From NCBI GenBank assembly GCA_965153455.1, contig OZ234493.1, positions 3,720,001 through 3,784,000 of the forward strand: a DNA stretch of 64,000 nt, in the 5' to 3' direction. The notes beneath the pieces are model-generated. The model searched no databases. It was not told the DNA's origin and was given only the letters and a program-made list of their open reading frames with translations. The stretch comes from Sphagnum compactum (taxonomy: Eukaryota). A program made the translations under genes and the position numbers. Shown piece by piece: positions 24,833 to 38,322 of the stretch. How positions within the stretch are numbered: the stretch's first letter is position 1; each line of letters starts with the position of its first letter.

Positions 24833-25724
24833 TGTTAGAATGTTTTTACGTTGGGCTTATAAGCAAGGTTTGGGGTATGACAAGGGGTAGGGGGGAAAAA
24901 CCAAGTTGTTCCAATATTCAATAAACTTGCACAAGTGTGGGAATCAAGTGAAAGAGAGTGAATCCCAACACTCCCAAATGGATCTTCACTTTGGGAGTTG
25001 GGAATTTGGGGGTGTATGAAATTTTTGAAACAAGGTTTTGGGAGCCAAAGCTTTTTCAAATTAGGTTATCTTTAATCAAGTTAAAAATGTCTTAAAAATA
25101 AAGTAACTAAAGTGAGGTCACATTCCTGGATCAAAGACTTGAAACATAAGTTAATTGAAGGGTTGGGAACCAAATTGCCAAAATGACTCCCAATCATTAA
25201 TTTGTTAAATAAAGGGGTCATATCAACCCCTATTTGGGAGCTTGATATGTCTTGGACAATTCATTTCAAAGACTACAACTATTCCTTTGAGAGCTTTATA
25301 ATTAAAAAAGAAAAACAAAAGTTATGAATCCCTACTGGACTAACGACTTGACAATTTTGAAACTATTGCATGGGATTTTTAGAAAAATATGTCATTTAAA
25401 TGTGGCCCCTATAATGAGTTGTAGATCATATTATAAAAAGAAAGTTGTGATTCCTTTTAAGTCTAGGTTATAGTTCATTAATACATCATTTTGCCTCCAA
25501 ATTATAACAAGGTCACCTTCTCTTTTTGGGTTGTCCAATTTGACACGATCATGAACTCAACTTAAAAGTTTGTTTTAGTCCCATCCTTTAATTCACATCC
25601 CCAAACTCCCACATTCTCTTTTACCTTAGGGGTTTGGCAATGCACCTTGGGTTTGCATTCCTTTCCAAAATTGTGAAAACATGATTTAACCCCAATATCA
25701 TTTAACAAACTTAAAGGTGTTTCA
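24833..25724. mobile_element. Possible degenerate solo LTR
   Basis: About 0.9-kb block beginning TG and ending CA, abutting the Harbinger remnant. It contains gtgaatcccaacactcccaaatgg…cactttgggagttgg, which resembles moss LTR-type repeats from memory. No clear target-site duplication. Confidence 0.3.
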
Positions 25725-26752
25725 TAAAGCTTGAAGAAAACTCTACTTTTTCAAAAAGATGAAAAAAAATGAGAAAAAAGAATGTGAAAAATCTTAAGAA
25801 AAAGACCAAATGAAAAAGAAAAAGAATTGAGAATAAAAGCTCCCATTTAATCCATTGAAAGTTCAACACCCTAGGGGGGTCACTATGTGTTTATTTTTCT
25901 CATAATGTGCATCAAAAAGGTTATTGTGTAGGGGCAATATGTGAGGAAACTTCTAAATTTTCCATCTTATTATTATCTAAAATTTTAATATCCACATATT
26001 TAAACCAACTTATATTTAATTTAAATTTGATGTTTGCATTGAATTTTGGCATTATATATTTGTTTGAATTTTTAGTTTTAGTTGAAAGCATGAAAATTGA
26101 TGAAAAAAGTAAAGTGATTGTGTAAAATAAAAATAAATATCATGCATAAAATGTTCAAATTTAGTTTTAAAAACACATCAACAAAATTTAATATTAAATC
26201 TTAGTTCAAATGATGAAGACCATGTTTAACACTCACAAAGTTATTATAAACAATAACCATTTGGTTTATTGCCATGAAAAAAATACCAAAAAAGAAATGG
26301 AGCTTTTGAGTTTCAACACTAAAGCAAAAAGTGTGTCCATTGCAAACAAGTAAGTGGAACACCAAGCTCTTACATCCATATTTTCATCAACTCGTTGTCT
26401 TAACAAAATAAATATCACCTCATTAATTGCTATCTTTTTTATTATGAAATTTTAAATATAATTACACCTTTTCCATCTTATTAATTAAACTTACTAAACA
26501 ATTAATTTCTATGATAAATCTTTGTATATGTTATATATTTAATTTTAAAAAATTAATGCATATCTTATATATTATTTATATTTGAATGTTAAGAATAAAC
26601 ATGATCTTATTACAAAACTAATTGAATTATTATTTTTATTCAACATCCAATATGTAAAACCTTATATTTTGACTTACTCACATAGTTATTTAATTAAAAA
26701 AAAGTTTTCATAAATTTCTCGTGTATCTTTGTCATTGGTAACTTTCTTAACA

Positions 26753-27547
26753 CTAGTGGTAACCTGCCTGCAAGGCACGACACGGCACTGGGAAAAAACT
26801 GGGAGTCCAAAGGAGACCCCAAAGAACCCCATACTCACAAAAAGAATCACTGCAGCACCTCACGGTAGACCACATTACAAAATCATCCATCCAGAACTCC
26901 TAATTGGATAGAATTATATAAATACATAATATTTCATCCACATCATCAATCCATCCAGAACTCCTAATTAGATGGAACTCTAAATACGTAATATTTTCAC
27001 CTGCATAATCATCCATCCAGAACTCCTAATTGGACGGAATTACAAATATATGATATTTCATCCAAATAAATCACCATGCAAAACTTATCATTAGACGGAA
27101 CTTACGAGTACATAAATATTTCATCCACATAATCAATCCATCCAAAACTCTAAGTGGACAAAACTACAAAAATCTTTAATATTTCATCCACAAATCATTC
27201 CTCCTAATTGGACGGAACTACAAATACATGATATCTCATCCTCATAACCACCCATCCAGAACTCTGAGCTCAGTGGACGGAACTAAAAACGTATAATATT
27301 TCATCCACATAATCACAGAACTGTCGGGTTTTCGTGCACAGAACTGCCGGGTTTCACGAAAACCCAGAAAAGAGGAGCCAGGCAGGTTTTTGGGTGGTTA
27401 TTTTACTTTTACAATTTGGGATCTGGGTTTCAGGACCTCGACCAGACGGACAGGCGGGTCCCGATCTGGGTTTCAGGACCTCGACGGACGGACAAGACCT
27501 CGACTTTCAGGACCTCGACGGACAGACAAGTCACTTTATATATAAGA
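26753..27547 (-). mobile_element. Non-autonomous Helitron (795 bp) with internal ~60-bp tandem array
   Basis: On the minus strand the 5' end is A|TCTTATATATAAAG at 27547 and the 3' end is a hairpin tgcct-tgc-aggca followed by ggttaccaCTAG|T at 26753. Inserted at an AT site with no TSD, the canonical Helitron signature. Confidence 0.85.
26880..27320. repeat. About 7 degenerate tandem units of ~60 bp (catccatccagaactcctaattggacggaac…atatttcatccacataat) inside the Helitron
   Basis: Directly visible periodic repeat. Confidence 0.85.
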
Positions 27548-27573
27548 TTTAGACCATTGTTGAAGAAAGGGAA

Positions 27574-27611
27574 AAACCCTAAACCCTAAACCCTAAACCA
27601 TGTAAAACCCT
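27574..27611. repeat. Interstitial plant telomeric repeat (AAACCCT)n
   Basis: aaaccctaaaccctaaaccctaaacc…aaaccct, just outside the Helitron 5' end. Confidence 0.85.
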
Positions 27612-28776
27612 CGAGTGAATGATGGCTTTACCCGAAAGAATTGCGCCTATGCTCAACTTGCATCATGTGAGGCTTTACTCTCTACCCTTGAAGCATTTGG
27701 TTGATTTGGATGTGATTTTCGTGTTATTAACCACCATTTAAAGCGCGTTAAAGCTTTTAGACCTAAAAGTCATCAACTCTTATTCCTTTTCCTTTTCTCT
27801 TCCTCTCCCAAAGGAGCAAAGCAATTTGACTTTGAGATGGGACCAATTTTGCCTTATCAACTAGATATGTGGAAAAATACACAAAAGCAATCCCATGTTT
27901 GGTTCCATGGGGTCCACTACTAACTACCCTTTGAAGCTTTCTCCCATCCCTAAAGGCTTTTTGAAAAAAAAAACCTAACTAGGGTTAGCACAATACACCA
28001 TTCCAAAGTGTCAATACATCAAGTGGGGGAAGGGCAAAAACACCCCTTCAAAGTATAGGCAAGAACAAAAGGGGGGGGGCAAAACTCACTAGCAAAACAC
28101 AAACTACACTTCACTTCACTTCACCCCCAACACATTCTTTCCTTCAAATTGCTTTGCAAATTGTCCCTTTTCTTTTTTCATAGAAAACCCCAAGCCCAAG
28201 TTGCCTTTAAAAATTTATTTAAAAAAATAAAAATAATGAAAAATAATAAATAAAAATAAAAGACCCACTCTAGGTATGACAAGCAAGGACAATGCCAAAC
28301 AAGCAAACAAAACAAGACCCATTTTAGGCAAAGCAACAAAGGACTAAGGCAAATAAGCAAACAAAAAAAAAAAAACAAGACCCATCCATACCTTATTAGG
28401 CAAAACAATAAACAAAAAGGATTATGTAAATGCCAATTTTTTATTAGAAAAACCTCACGTTAGGCATAATAAACAAAATAACTATGGCCAAAAAAAATTA
28501 AATCCAAACAAAACAAGACCATTTTAGGCATAGCAAGTAAGGAAACTTTGGCAAAGCAAGCAAACAAGCCAACAAAACAATATAATTATATAAATTTCAC
28601 TATTATGCCCAAGAGTCCAGACCAAAAAAAAAAAGTAATAATTATATAACTCCACAGTCAAGATTGGAAAATAAATTATTAAAAAAAAAACCCCAAAAAA
28701 AAAGAAGAGGAGAGAGAAACAGAAAGACTCAGAGGGAAGGGGGAAAAAAACAAAACAAAAAAAAACAAACAAAAGA

Positions 28777-28807
<31 letters not shown>

Positions 28808-28824
28808 GTTAGAAGAATTATTGA

Positions 28825-29042
28825 GTGGGTGGGTAAATAGGTAGGTAGATAGATAGGTAGGTAGGTAAATACTAGATAGTACCTAAGCATGACAAGTAGG
28901 TAGATAGATAAGTAGGTAAGTACTAGGTACCTAAACATGACAAGCAGGTAGGTAGGTAGGTAGGTAGATACTAGGTAGTACCTAGGCATAGCAAGTAGGC
29001 AAGTAGGTAGATAGGTAGGTAGGTAGGTAAGTACTAGGTAGC
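28825..29042. repeat. Degenerate (AGGT/AGAT)n tetranucleotide array with higher-order ~55-60 bp units
   Basis: ggtaggtag tracts interrupted by repeated tactaggtac / cctaagcatgacaag motifs. Confidence 0.8.
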
Positions 29043-30188
29043 TAAGCACGGCGTGCACGCTACATTCCTGAACCGACACGCTTACATCTATCTTTTTGTG
29101 TTTTTTGCTGTGTCTCTTGGGGCGTGTGTCGCAGTAGCAGCGGCTGAATTGCTGCGACCCGCTGCTGATGAAGGAACACTGCGCTTGCTTTACGATGTTT
29201 GTCAGATTTTTTTTTTCTCTTTTTCGCTTTTCTCACCGCCTGCTGTCTTCTTCGCGTGTTCATCATCATCACCACCACCACCACCACCACGCCAATGATG
29301 GTCTTCGCGCTCTATCTATCTATCTACCTATCTACCAGTCCTCTCAATTCTCAAGCGTTTTGTTTTGGCCCAAATTCTTCTGATCAAACTTGTGCCTGAA
29401 GATCATCGGTCATAGGGTTTTTTTTTTGGTTGGCCTTTAGTAGCGGTTTTCTTCCAAGTTTTCTCGTTACGTTTGCTATCTTTCAGTAGGAAGGAAGGAA
29501 CGACGTTGTTGAAGTTTTTATGGTGTGGGATTTTTTATTTATTTGTTTTGGTTGGGTCCCAAACGTGGACTTGGACTTGCGGGGGTTTTCTATTTTGGGG
29601 GCGTTTTGGGTTTTCACAGACAGTTTCTTTCGTTCCCAGTTCTGAGGTACACTACTACTACTACTACTTTACTTGCGGCGGTTGCTCTGTCTGTCGGTAG
29701 ATAGATAGCCGGGACACCCACCCACCCATTTGCGTGTTTCTTTGCTGTAAAAGTCGCTCTTGTAGCCTCGTTTTCTGTTTCAATCTGGGGCCCTTGCTTG
29801 CTTCCGCAGATCGTAACCAGGAGGAGGACACTCTCTGCGGTATCAACTGTTGTGGCAATGACTCTTGGAAGCAACTTGAAATTGAGCAATTGAGTTTGCT
29901 TCATAATCTTCTACATGGAGAAGGGTTTGGATCCTGGCAGTGTGCGGCATAGTTCCCCATTTCCATGAAGAGGTGGTACCATAAGCTATGCAAAGCTAGC
30001 TGACCCACTATGCAAAAACAGCTGGCTGACGCACCACCCATTCGCAGCATTCTTGTCTTCATCTTCCTCTTCATCCCAGCATTTGTGGAGGAAGATGGCA
30101 TTTGCCAAGGGTAGCCAAAACAGGGACAAGAACAAGTAGTGGAGAGACAACAAGGAAGGTGTTCTAGTAGTGGTGGTGAGTTATTAGG

Positions 30189-33100
30189 ATGGGCAATTCC
30201 TTTGGTTGCTCGGCGTCCGGCGAGCGATTGGTTTCTGCAGCTCGAGATGGAGACTTCCAAGAGGCTCAGGCACTCTTGGCGTGTAATCCGCGGCTTGCAA
30301 AGTACTCAACTTTTGGTGTGCGCAACTCCCCCCTCCATTTCTCTGCTATGCAGGGCCACAATGAAGTTAGTTCCTCTATGTCCTTAAAACCCTTTGTTTC
30401 CTTTCTTTGTCTTTTGGAAGATCAAACTTCTCTGCTGCCATTCGGGTGGTGGTTTTCAAGAGCTCATCAACACAATGGAATTTTTTTTCATGTTTGGGGC
30501 AATGATGGAATGAGATGCTGCTCATTAAACCTGGAATAATAGAATGGCATTCCTCAGACTAATTGAAAGAAAACCCTAATTGCTGAGGAGAAAGCAAGCA
30601 CACAGGTGCACTTCCTCAAGTCTTCTTTCAATTTGACATACCTATGGCACCAATCTGCCAATTTCCAGATGTCAAGGGTTGTTGCTACATGTGCTGCCCA
30701 TGCCTTGATTCACATGTAAGCAGATCCTATTGAGACAGCCATTGCCTGAAATAATCACTGTGCCCATTCTTGTGGCAGAAGTGAAATGCTGCTGATGTTG
30801 TGAATTACGGGGAAGAAGTCTATTGTCCCAAGGACAACTGACTCACTGTCTAACCATGTCTGCCCTACCAGATTGTTACATTGCTGCTGGAGTGTGGAGT
30901 TGAAGTCAATACCCGAAATTATTGTGGACAGGTATGGAGGACTCATCTTTTGGCTAGCTATGTTGTGCAGTATGTTTTGTGTTCCATCATCATCTGCTGT
31001 GTTTCTTAGCAGTTTCTTAGCAGTCATCTTTGTCCATTTGCTCTCGATTCCCCAGCTTTTCTTATATCTTGTCAAATTGCTGCTGTTGCTAATCAGGGAT
31101 GTTCAAGAGTAGTTATAATTGAAAAGCAGAATTACATACAGTTTAAACAAGATGCTGCTGTCCTTCCAATTCTTCTGAGTCCCTTTAGAAAAAATTCTAG
31201 TTCTGTTCTCTTTTCTCATCCTCTTCATGTTGGTTTGCTTTAATGTATGTTTTTCCTTTTTCTTCTTCACTTCTGCTCCCTTCTCTTTTTTTGTCCATTT
31301 CTTTCAGGTTTTGTACTGCCCTCATGTTTGTGTGGTCACCAGCATCAGGGCTGAGTGAGTCTTCTTTCATATTACTTTGGGTTTGTTTGTGACAGAAACT
31401 TAGGATTTCGATTGATATTTGCTAACGCCTGCTGTTAGGAACTGACAAAGCCAGTGGGGAAGTTATGACAGTTAGTTGTACACATTGCTGTTGGGTGTTC
31501 ACTGAACATGCAAGAGAGACAGTCACTCTTGATTGTATCATTTTTGTTCTGTTGATGTTCTCTTCAACCTGCACATTTTCTGTTGTCATCTGTTTTAGCT
31601 TGGTCTGGAAATGTCATTGATCCTAATATCGGTCCATCTCAATGTTCATATTCAGTTTGAGTCAAATGGAAAGTATACGTAGGCTTGACAGGCATGGTTG
31701 TGATAAGAGCTGTTAGTGGCTAGGGTCGAACAGTCTCAAGTCAAGCTTAGGATATCTGGATGATTTGGGATGATTGGAATCGGGAAACTTGCCAAAGTTT
31801 TGTTGGCACTAGTCTGAAGGAAATTGTTTGGGATACTGCATGTGATCTAGAGAGATATGTTGTTGCCCCATCAACCATCACAATGCAGTTGGTGACAGGG
31901 TGCAGAATGCATTTGTGTGTTAGCATGTAGTTTTGTCAAGTTTGGCCGATCACACTCTACGAGATTTGAAAAGCTAGAATGAAAGTTCCAGTGATTAAAG
32001 GTTTTGACAGGGATGTGGAGTTTCCACATTTGGAATCTTTGAATAGAAACTGTTTCAAATGCTTCTTGATCCAAAGTGGGGGAGCTTTCCTAAGCCCACT
32101 TTATCCTCTAAATTCTTCCTTGATCTCAAAGTTCTTCTTTCTTGTCTATGTTCTTCCTCTTTTTTTCTTCTTTGGGTTCCATGTCTTGCCTATTTTCCCT
32201 TTCTTATTCAGTTTGTTTTTGTGTTCCTCTTTTTCCTTGGGTTTTTGGGTCTTCTCCTTCTCTTTTGGACCTTTTAGATAATAAGCCTTATTATTGGGTC
32301 ATTTCTCAATCCTTATGAAGTTATTGTGTCAAGTTTAGCCTCAGAGTGTGCCTTGCACCAGTTGGGTTTCCTGATTGGAGAACTTTTGTTTCAGAGCTCT
32401 CTGAGCCTCTTTCCTGTACTTCAGATGTGTCCTGTACAGACATTTACCAACGAATGATGTAACCATTTTGTATGTGGACAACTGCAGACTGCATTGATGC
32501 AAGCATGTCGTTATGGACACTGGGAGGTGGTGCAGACTTTGCTGCTGTACAAGGCAAATGTAAGCAATGCTGATCACAATTAGCATGTTGATTTCTTAAA
32601 ATGGATATATAGGCAGTCCATACAAAGATGTTAGGAGGTATCTGATTTGAGACTGCTGTGTTAGTTACAGGCATCCGATTTGTACACTCTTTTAATAGCT
32701 AGGAAGTTTATCTCTGGCAGTACCACTTTTGTAAAGTCATTGACAGGTCATTCTAGATAACAGTTTTACCTTGCAGACTAAGGAGAGAAAACCCATGTGG
32801 AATCCGACGTTAGCATGGTTGGTGATTGCTATTCATATCCGATCTCAGCAGCAGCTCATATTCCTATATTAGGGTTTCTGATATTAGTTTCCAATGCAGA
32901 TTCTGCCGACATTCATGCAGCTAGTGGGTCTGGTATGGACCCTTGACCACTCAATTGGTGGTTTTTCAGGTCAACAGGACTGACTATCTGAATGGCCGCA
33001 CTGCTCTTCATTTTGCTGCTGTGAGTGGGCATGCTCGCTGCATACGCCTAATTGTTGCCGACTATGTTCCTAGTGTGCCCTACTTATGGAACAGTTTGCA

Positions 33101-36100
33101 ACCCGCAAACAAAGAAGAGACACCATCTATGAAGAGCTACTTAGATCAAAGGTCCATTACCACTGATTTGCTTTGAGTTTGGTATGGAAGAGTATCCTGA
33201 ATTATTGAAACCTAGATAGAGGAGTAAAGGTTTGTCTCTAGTAAACAAAGCTGGTGGAGTGATGAGAAGGAAGTCAGAGTATTATGCAGTTTATGCAAAA
33301 TGTATGGATCTGTTCTGCATCACCATCCTTATCAGGAGGAAGTGACATTTGCAAGGCCATTTCATCATGAGCCAGACTGATGTGATACTTCAAATCCTTT
33401 CATAGCACTAAGGTGTGCAATGCATGCAATGAACTGTTAACCCATTGCCTAATTCTGGGATATACCCTTCAGAAGTTGGCACGTTCTTTCTCTTTCTCTC
33501 TTTCACACACTTTTTTCCCATGGCCATTCCTCACTCAAAATTGTGGGTTTCATTTGCAGTTCTCTAGCCAGGGTTGTGAACAAGGCAGCTGATGGTGGCA
33601 TCACAGCTCTTCATATGGCTGCACTCAACAGTCACACTGAGTGTGTGCAGTTGCTGCTGGACTTAGCTGGCAATGTCTCTGCAGTCACCGTTCAAGATGG
33701 CACTACTATTGACTTGATAGGTACTACTGGGGGTCTCTTGATGATGCTGAAAGGGGTGTTGGAAGATCAATCATAATTTTTTTGTGTTTTTCGTTGTGGT
33801 GGAAGTGTATGTGAACTGAGGTGCATTAGTGTCAAAACTTGTTGTAGTAACCTTGTCTGGTTCCATGTTCTCTTCTTGTACACAAAAGAAATGCAAGGGA
33901 TGGCAGCATTGAGAGGGAATGTATCATTGATGCAGTAAGAGCATCTCCAGTGGTGTTCAGTATGTGACCCTACAAAAATGTTTTTCACATACAAGTTAAC
34001 TTATTTACTGTTTTCCAACCTCAACCCATAAAACTAAAACTGGGACTACAAAGAGGTGAGAGACTAATAATAGCAAACTGCCTGGACCAATCATTATGAT
34101 TGGCCAATTAGAAACAGGGAGCAGCATTCATATCATATTTATTACAATCTTCTCTGCCAGATGTTAGGCTTTGCTGTTTTACCATCCTCAACAAACTGTG
34201 GAAAATTGCTGTGCCAGACCAGCATGTTTTGACTTTTCTTCATCCAATCTTAATTTGCAGGGTCATATACTGAGCACCGGTATACTGGAGTTGCTCTAAG
34301 TTCCTCATTCTATGGTTAATTAACCGGACTATGTTGTGGGAGCATTTGCAGGGGCAGGTAGCTCTCCACTCCATTATGCGGCCTGTGGGGGTAGTATTCC
34401 CTGCTGTCAGGTGCCATTCCAAATGTTTACTCAAATACTACTTGATCCAATGGTCGGTGCTGTTACTATGTGCTGCTGGGGCATATGCTTCTTCTATTGG
34501 TCCTTATGTTCTCATGAAGAAAACTTGGTGCTAAGATCAATAACACTAATGAGCAATGCGTGAGCTGTTTCTTCCTTAATTGGAGTTTTTGGAGTGAACA
34601 AATGTGCTGAAATACATGTTTCCTGCCCAGTTCATTATCTTAAGCTGGATTGTCTGTGTTTCATCAGGCTTTGATTGCAAGGGGAGCAAGTCGAAGTGCT
34701 CATAACTGCAATGGGTATATTTCCTGCTATTTCGGCTGACTTTGTTTTGTCATTTATGGAATATCTCTTTGAGCATTGGTAATGTAGTTTGATGAGAGAT
34801 AGTCCTGAGGTAGATGGGCATCTGGATTTATTCTTGAAACTAATGCTTGTGCCAATGGATGGTGGTGATGTTGTCATGATATCAGGTGGACAGCCTTGCA
34901 GGTTGCACGTCTATGGCGCCGCCACTGGCTAGAGCCTCTTTTAGCCCCCGATTGTTCATTGACCATTTCACCTTTCCCTTCTTCTCGCTACCTGGCACTG
35001 CCCCTTTCCAGTATCATGAAAATTGCAAGGTTAACAAAGTCTCCTGTTCAGCCCTCTGAAAGTTGAAGGCAGCATAGCTAGACCACTTAGGCTTCCTCAA
35101 ACAGATACATGTTGCAAATTTTTCAAAATTTTTACTGAAAGGGTTAAGTTTTAGAAAAAATGCAGGTTTATTAGATTACTTGCACTCATGGCATTCTAGT
35201 AATGATTGGGTGTTTACTTTGTTATACAAATCTGGTTTCTCGAATGCAATTGTTGTAGTAGAGAAACCTGTGCTTATCTCTGGTGGCATGGCAGGGAATG
35301 TGGGTGGAGACTTGACATGATGCCTGTTGATTCTGATCCATGTGCTGTTTGCTTAGAGCGACAATGTACAGTTGCTGCAGAAGGTTTGTGGTCACCTCAT
35401 TTTCCTGTCAACCTTACAAGATCTCCCACCCTAAAACCGTAAACCCTAATACCCACTGTACAATATCTGCATGGGGCATGAGATGGGAACTCTAGTTGTA
35501 TGATGAGATGGGATTTGTTTTCTGCAGCTTTGTGCATTTCTCAAAGGACTTCAAATCATGTCTTGCAGACACCCATTTTATGCATCTCTTAGGATGGGAG
35601 ATCAATTTGATGTTTCCAAATCTGTGGTTGCAAAATTGAATTAATCACACTGGCATGCACCTTTGTGGTGATGAGGCAGGTTGTGGGCATGAGCTGTGCA
35701 CCAGATGTGCTCTCTATCTCTGCTCCACAAACACAATCCCTGCAACGGCATCAAGTCCTACAGGGTCTATTCCTTGTCCTCTCTGCAGACATGGCATAGT
35801 TTCCTTTGTCAAGCTTTCAACCACTATGTCTCTGAAGGAACTGGCCAAAGCAAATATGCCATCTCTAACTCTTTGCACTGCTTGCACCATGGAAGCGTCT
35901 GAGTCAAATTCTGCAAGAGCTCTCCTCCAAAAGGGTGAGCACAAAGGTGGCTGTGGCATCTCTCCTCTACCGTCTACTGCAACGAGGCTGACTTGTCCCG
36001 GGTTTTCATCTCTAAATTGTCCAGGAGGTTTTGGATCCAATGGTGGTGAGAATTCTGGCTCCATCTCCCCCACAGTAACTTGCAGCGGATTTCCGAGGTC

Positions 36101-36392
36101 TGACTCCAGGTCTGAGGTCAGATCTGATGATTCAACAACCCTTGAAAGCCTTGCTTGGCCTTTACCTTCACGAGTCCCAGTGTTGCGACCCACATCTGTC
36201 AGCAGCACACCCCATACCTCAACAACAGAAGTGCACACTGCAGATGTGCCTTCAACTTCAAAACCTTCATGCAGGCATTCACAACGACAATTTCCAAGGT
36301 CCAAAAAGGTGCCTGCCAAAAGGTCATGGGCGAGAAAGCTTCTTCACTGCAGTAGCTACTCAACCTTGAGGTCATCCTCAAGTCGGGAGTAG
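30189..36392 (+). CDS. XBAT32/33-like: Ankyrin-repeat C3HC4 RING E3 ubiquitin ligase, XBAT32/XBAT33-like, 10 exons, about 567 aa
   Basis: Exons 30189-30365, 30872-30931, 32488-32559, 32970-33151, 33560-33720, 34352-34410, 34668-34714, 34886-35029, 35295-35383, 35680-36392, all GT-AG with consistent phases. N-terminus [22 protein letters not shown]; ankyrin motifs [63 protein letters not shown]…CPLCR. Confidence 0.95.
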
Positions 36393-38322
36393 GAGTTGTA
36401 TGTGTGCCACTCTCTCTATTTTCTCCTCCCTCTTGTTGCACTTTGCTTCCTCCCTTTTGTGACTGACACATTGCTCACATGTATTGGCAGCATGAAAGCA
36501 ACACTCGGTGCTTTTATCAGTGTTGTCATTTTGTGCACTTCTGGTGCTTTGTCTTTGTCATTCCAGCCTGAGTTTCACACCCATGTCCCCATCGTGGGAT
36601 GACTGTGAACCAGCTTGAGGAGGTTGATAGGGACACTATAATGCCCTCTAGCAATTTGCAGAGATGGCCATTGAGCACATCTCATACCCCCCTTTTACTC
36701 GGTGTTTACCAGGGGTTTAATCATCACTGTCAACAGCATCTATTGTTCAATTTTTCACTTGAAAAAGATGCATGTTTCTATTCAATTCAGATATTTCAAA
36801 GTTGTTTTCAGGTGTTGGGTGTGTGGGTGAGCAGCAAAACTTTTATCTGCCACCCTCAATTTGTGAAGCTCTGATGGTAGAGCAGCAGAAAAAACAAGGT
36901 ATACTAATGTTTGGCAGACACATTGTTGTGTGTTTTGTGACAACTTTTCTTAGCACTTTTGGGTTCAAGTCTAAGCTACATGAACATGGCATCCTAGCAA
37001 GTTAGTTTATGCTTGCACGCTAGGGAAGCAGGAAGATGGTGAGTGTAAGTCTGATTTAGGTCTAAACTGTGAAGTGGGAGTCATAGTGCACCTAGAAGGA
37101 TGCTGCTTGTACACTTGGGTAGCAGTGAAGATAATTGAGTGCGTCAGCTTCTGACTACTATCTTTTGCCCTTTTGCTTTATTTCTGAGCTGTGAGAAGCA
37201 GGGATTTTTGCAACTATATCTAAGCTTTAATGCTTTTAGGGAGGGACAAGATCATGAGTACTCAGCACTTTGCATTGGCGTAAGCTCTAATCTGTGAAGT
37301 TCAGAACTTTGCCTACAGCAGCTATACATCACCTGGGAGGGACAAGACCACAACTGTCAGTGTGCACTCTCCACCTGCAGGTGAAGAAGCATCCCTCACT
37401 CCCATTTTCAGTTTTGAATCCTGAGTGCAGTTGGCAGATCAGTTCTCTGAAATGGAAGTAATTCTCACCACCTTTGATGCTTTTCTGGTGAATTTTTGCA
37501 CCCTGGCAAATGTTTTTGGGAGAAAATTTGCAAAAAATCTGTTTTTTTAAAGTGGAGTTTTAAGTTTGCTACCATGTATCCAATTGAAGATCGTTCATTG
37601 GGTATCTAGCAGTGATGTTTGTGGTTCTTACACCAACTGTAAGGCATTATACAATAGAAACAAGGTGTTGGCATGTGAGCCCCCCTCTTGCATTGACAGA
37701 CAGATGTAATCACACACACCATCAAACCACATTCAAGAATGCTTGTATGCCACCTAGGCAAAAGAGACAATTGCAAGGCAAGGGTTCAACAAAGCAAACA
37801 CTTGGGTCATGAAATGGAAAATGTGGATTTGGCTTGGTAATTTTTAGCAAACATTACTTGTATTGTGTTATTGACACCCAAGAATCCCAACAAATCCTTT
37901 TTCTATTTCTCCCATGTGTGCAACTCTTCATTATCATCATTAAAAGGCACATCAAATTCAACAGCTTCGTAACTGATGTCATTATGTGATGAAACTCCGT
38001 GATGGTGGGTCTCTCTAAATAGAAAATCCCCAAGCTCAACGAAAAGGTTTGTAATACGTGTTCTAAATTGCCATTAGCCAATACTTATTCTTTGATGAAC
38101 ACAAGATGAGACCATCATTCTTAAACCCATTCTAGTACAAGAAACAAAGATCAACAAGTATGAAATTGGGTGGGGATGAGTGAACAAACTCGACTAACAT
38201 GCATACTTTTGTCCAAGACAACTAAGCCTTTGAATATGCTTTTGGCATGGATGCTCATTATGATGATGCCTTGACATTTAGTTATTTGGATGCATGGTTT
38301 GTTAATTATAAACTACTTATTA

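Noticed and set aside
26880-27320. Regularly spaced repeats resembling a CRISPR array
   Set aside because: Units are degenerate tandem copies without unique spacers, no cas genes are present, the context is eukaryotic and the array lies within a Helitron.
28178-29399. Phe-rich and LPTY-repeat ORFs
   Set aside because: Translations of poly-A/T tracts and (AGGT)n microsatellite, not plausible proteins.
35714-36319. 201-aa antisense ORF and similar overlapping ORFs (7423-7974, 44470-45201)
   Set aside because: Shadow frames of real coding exons with no independent motifs.
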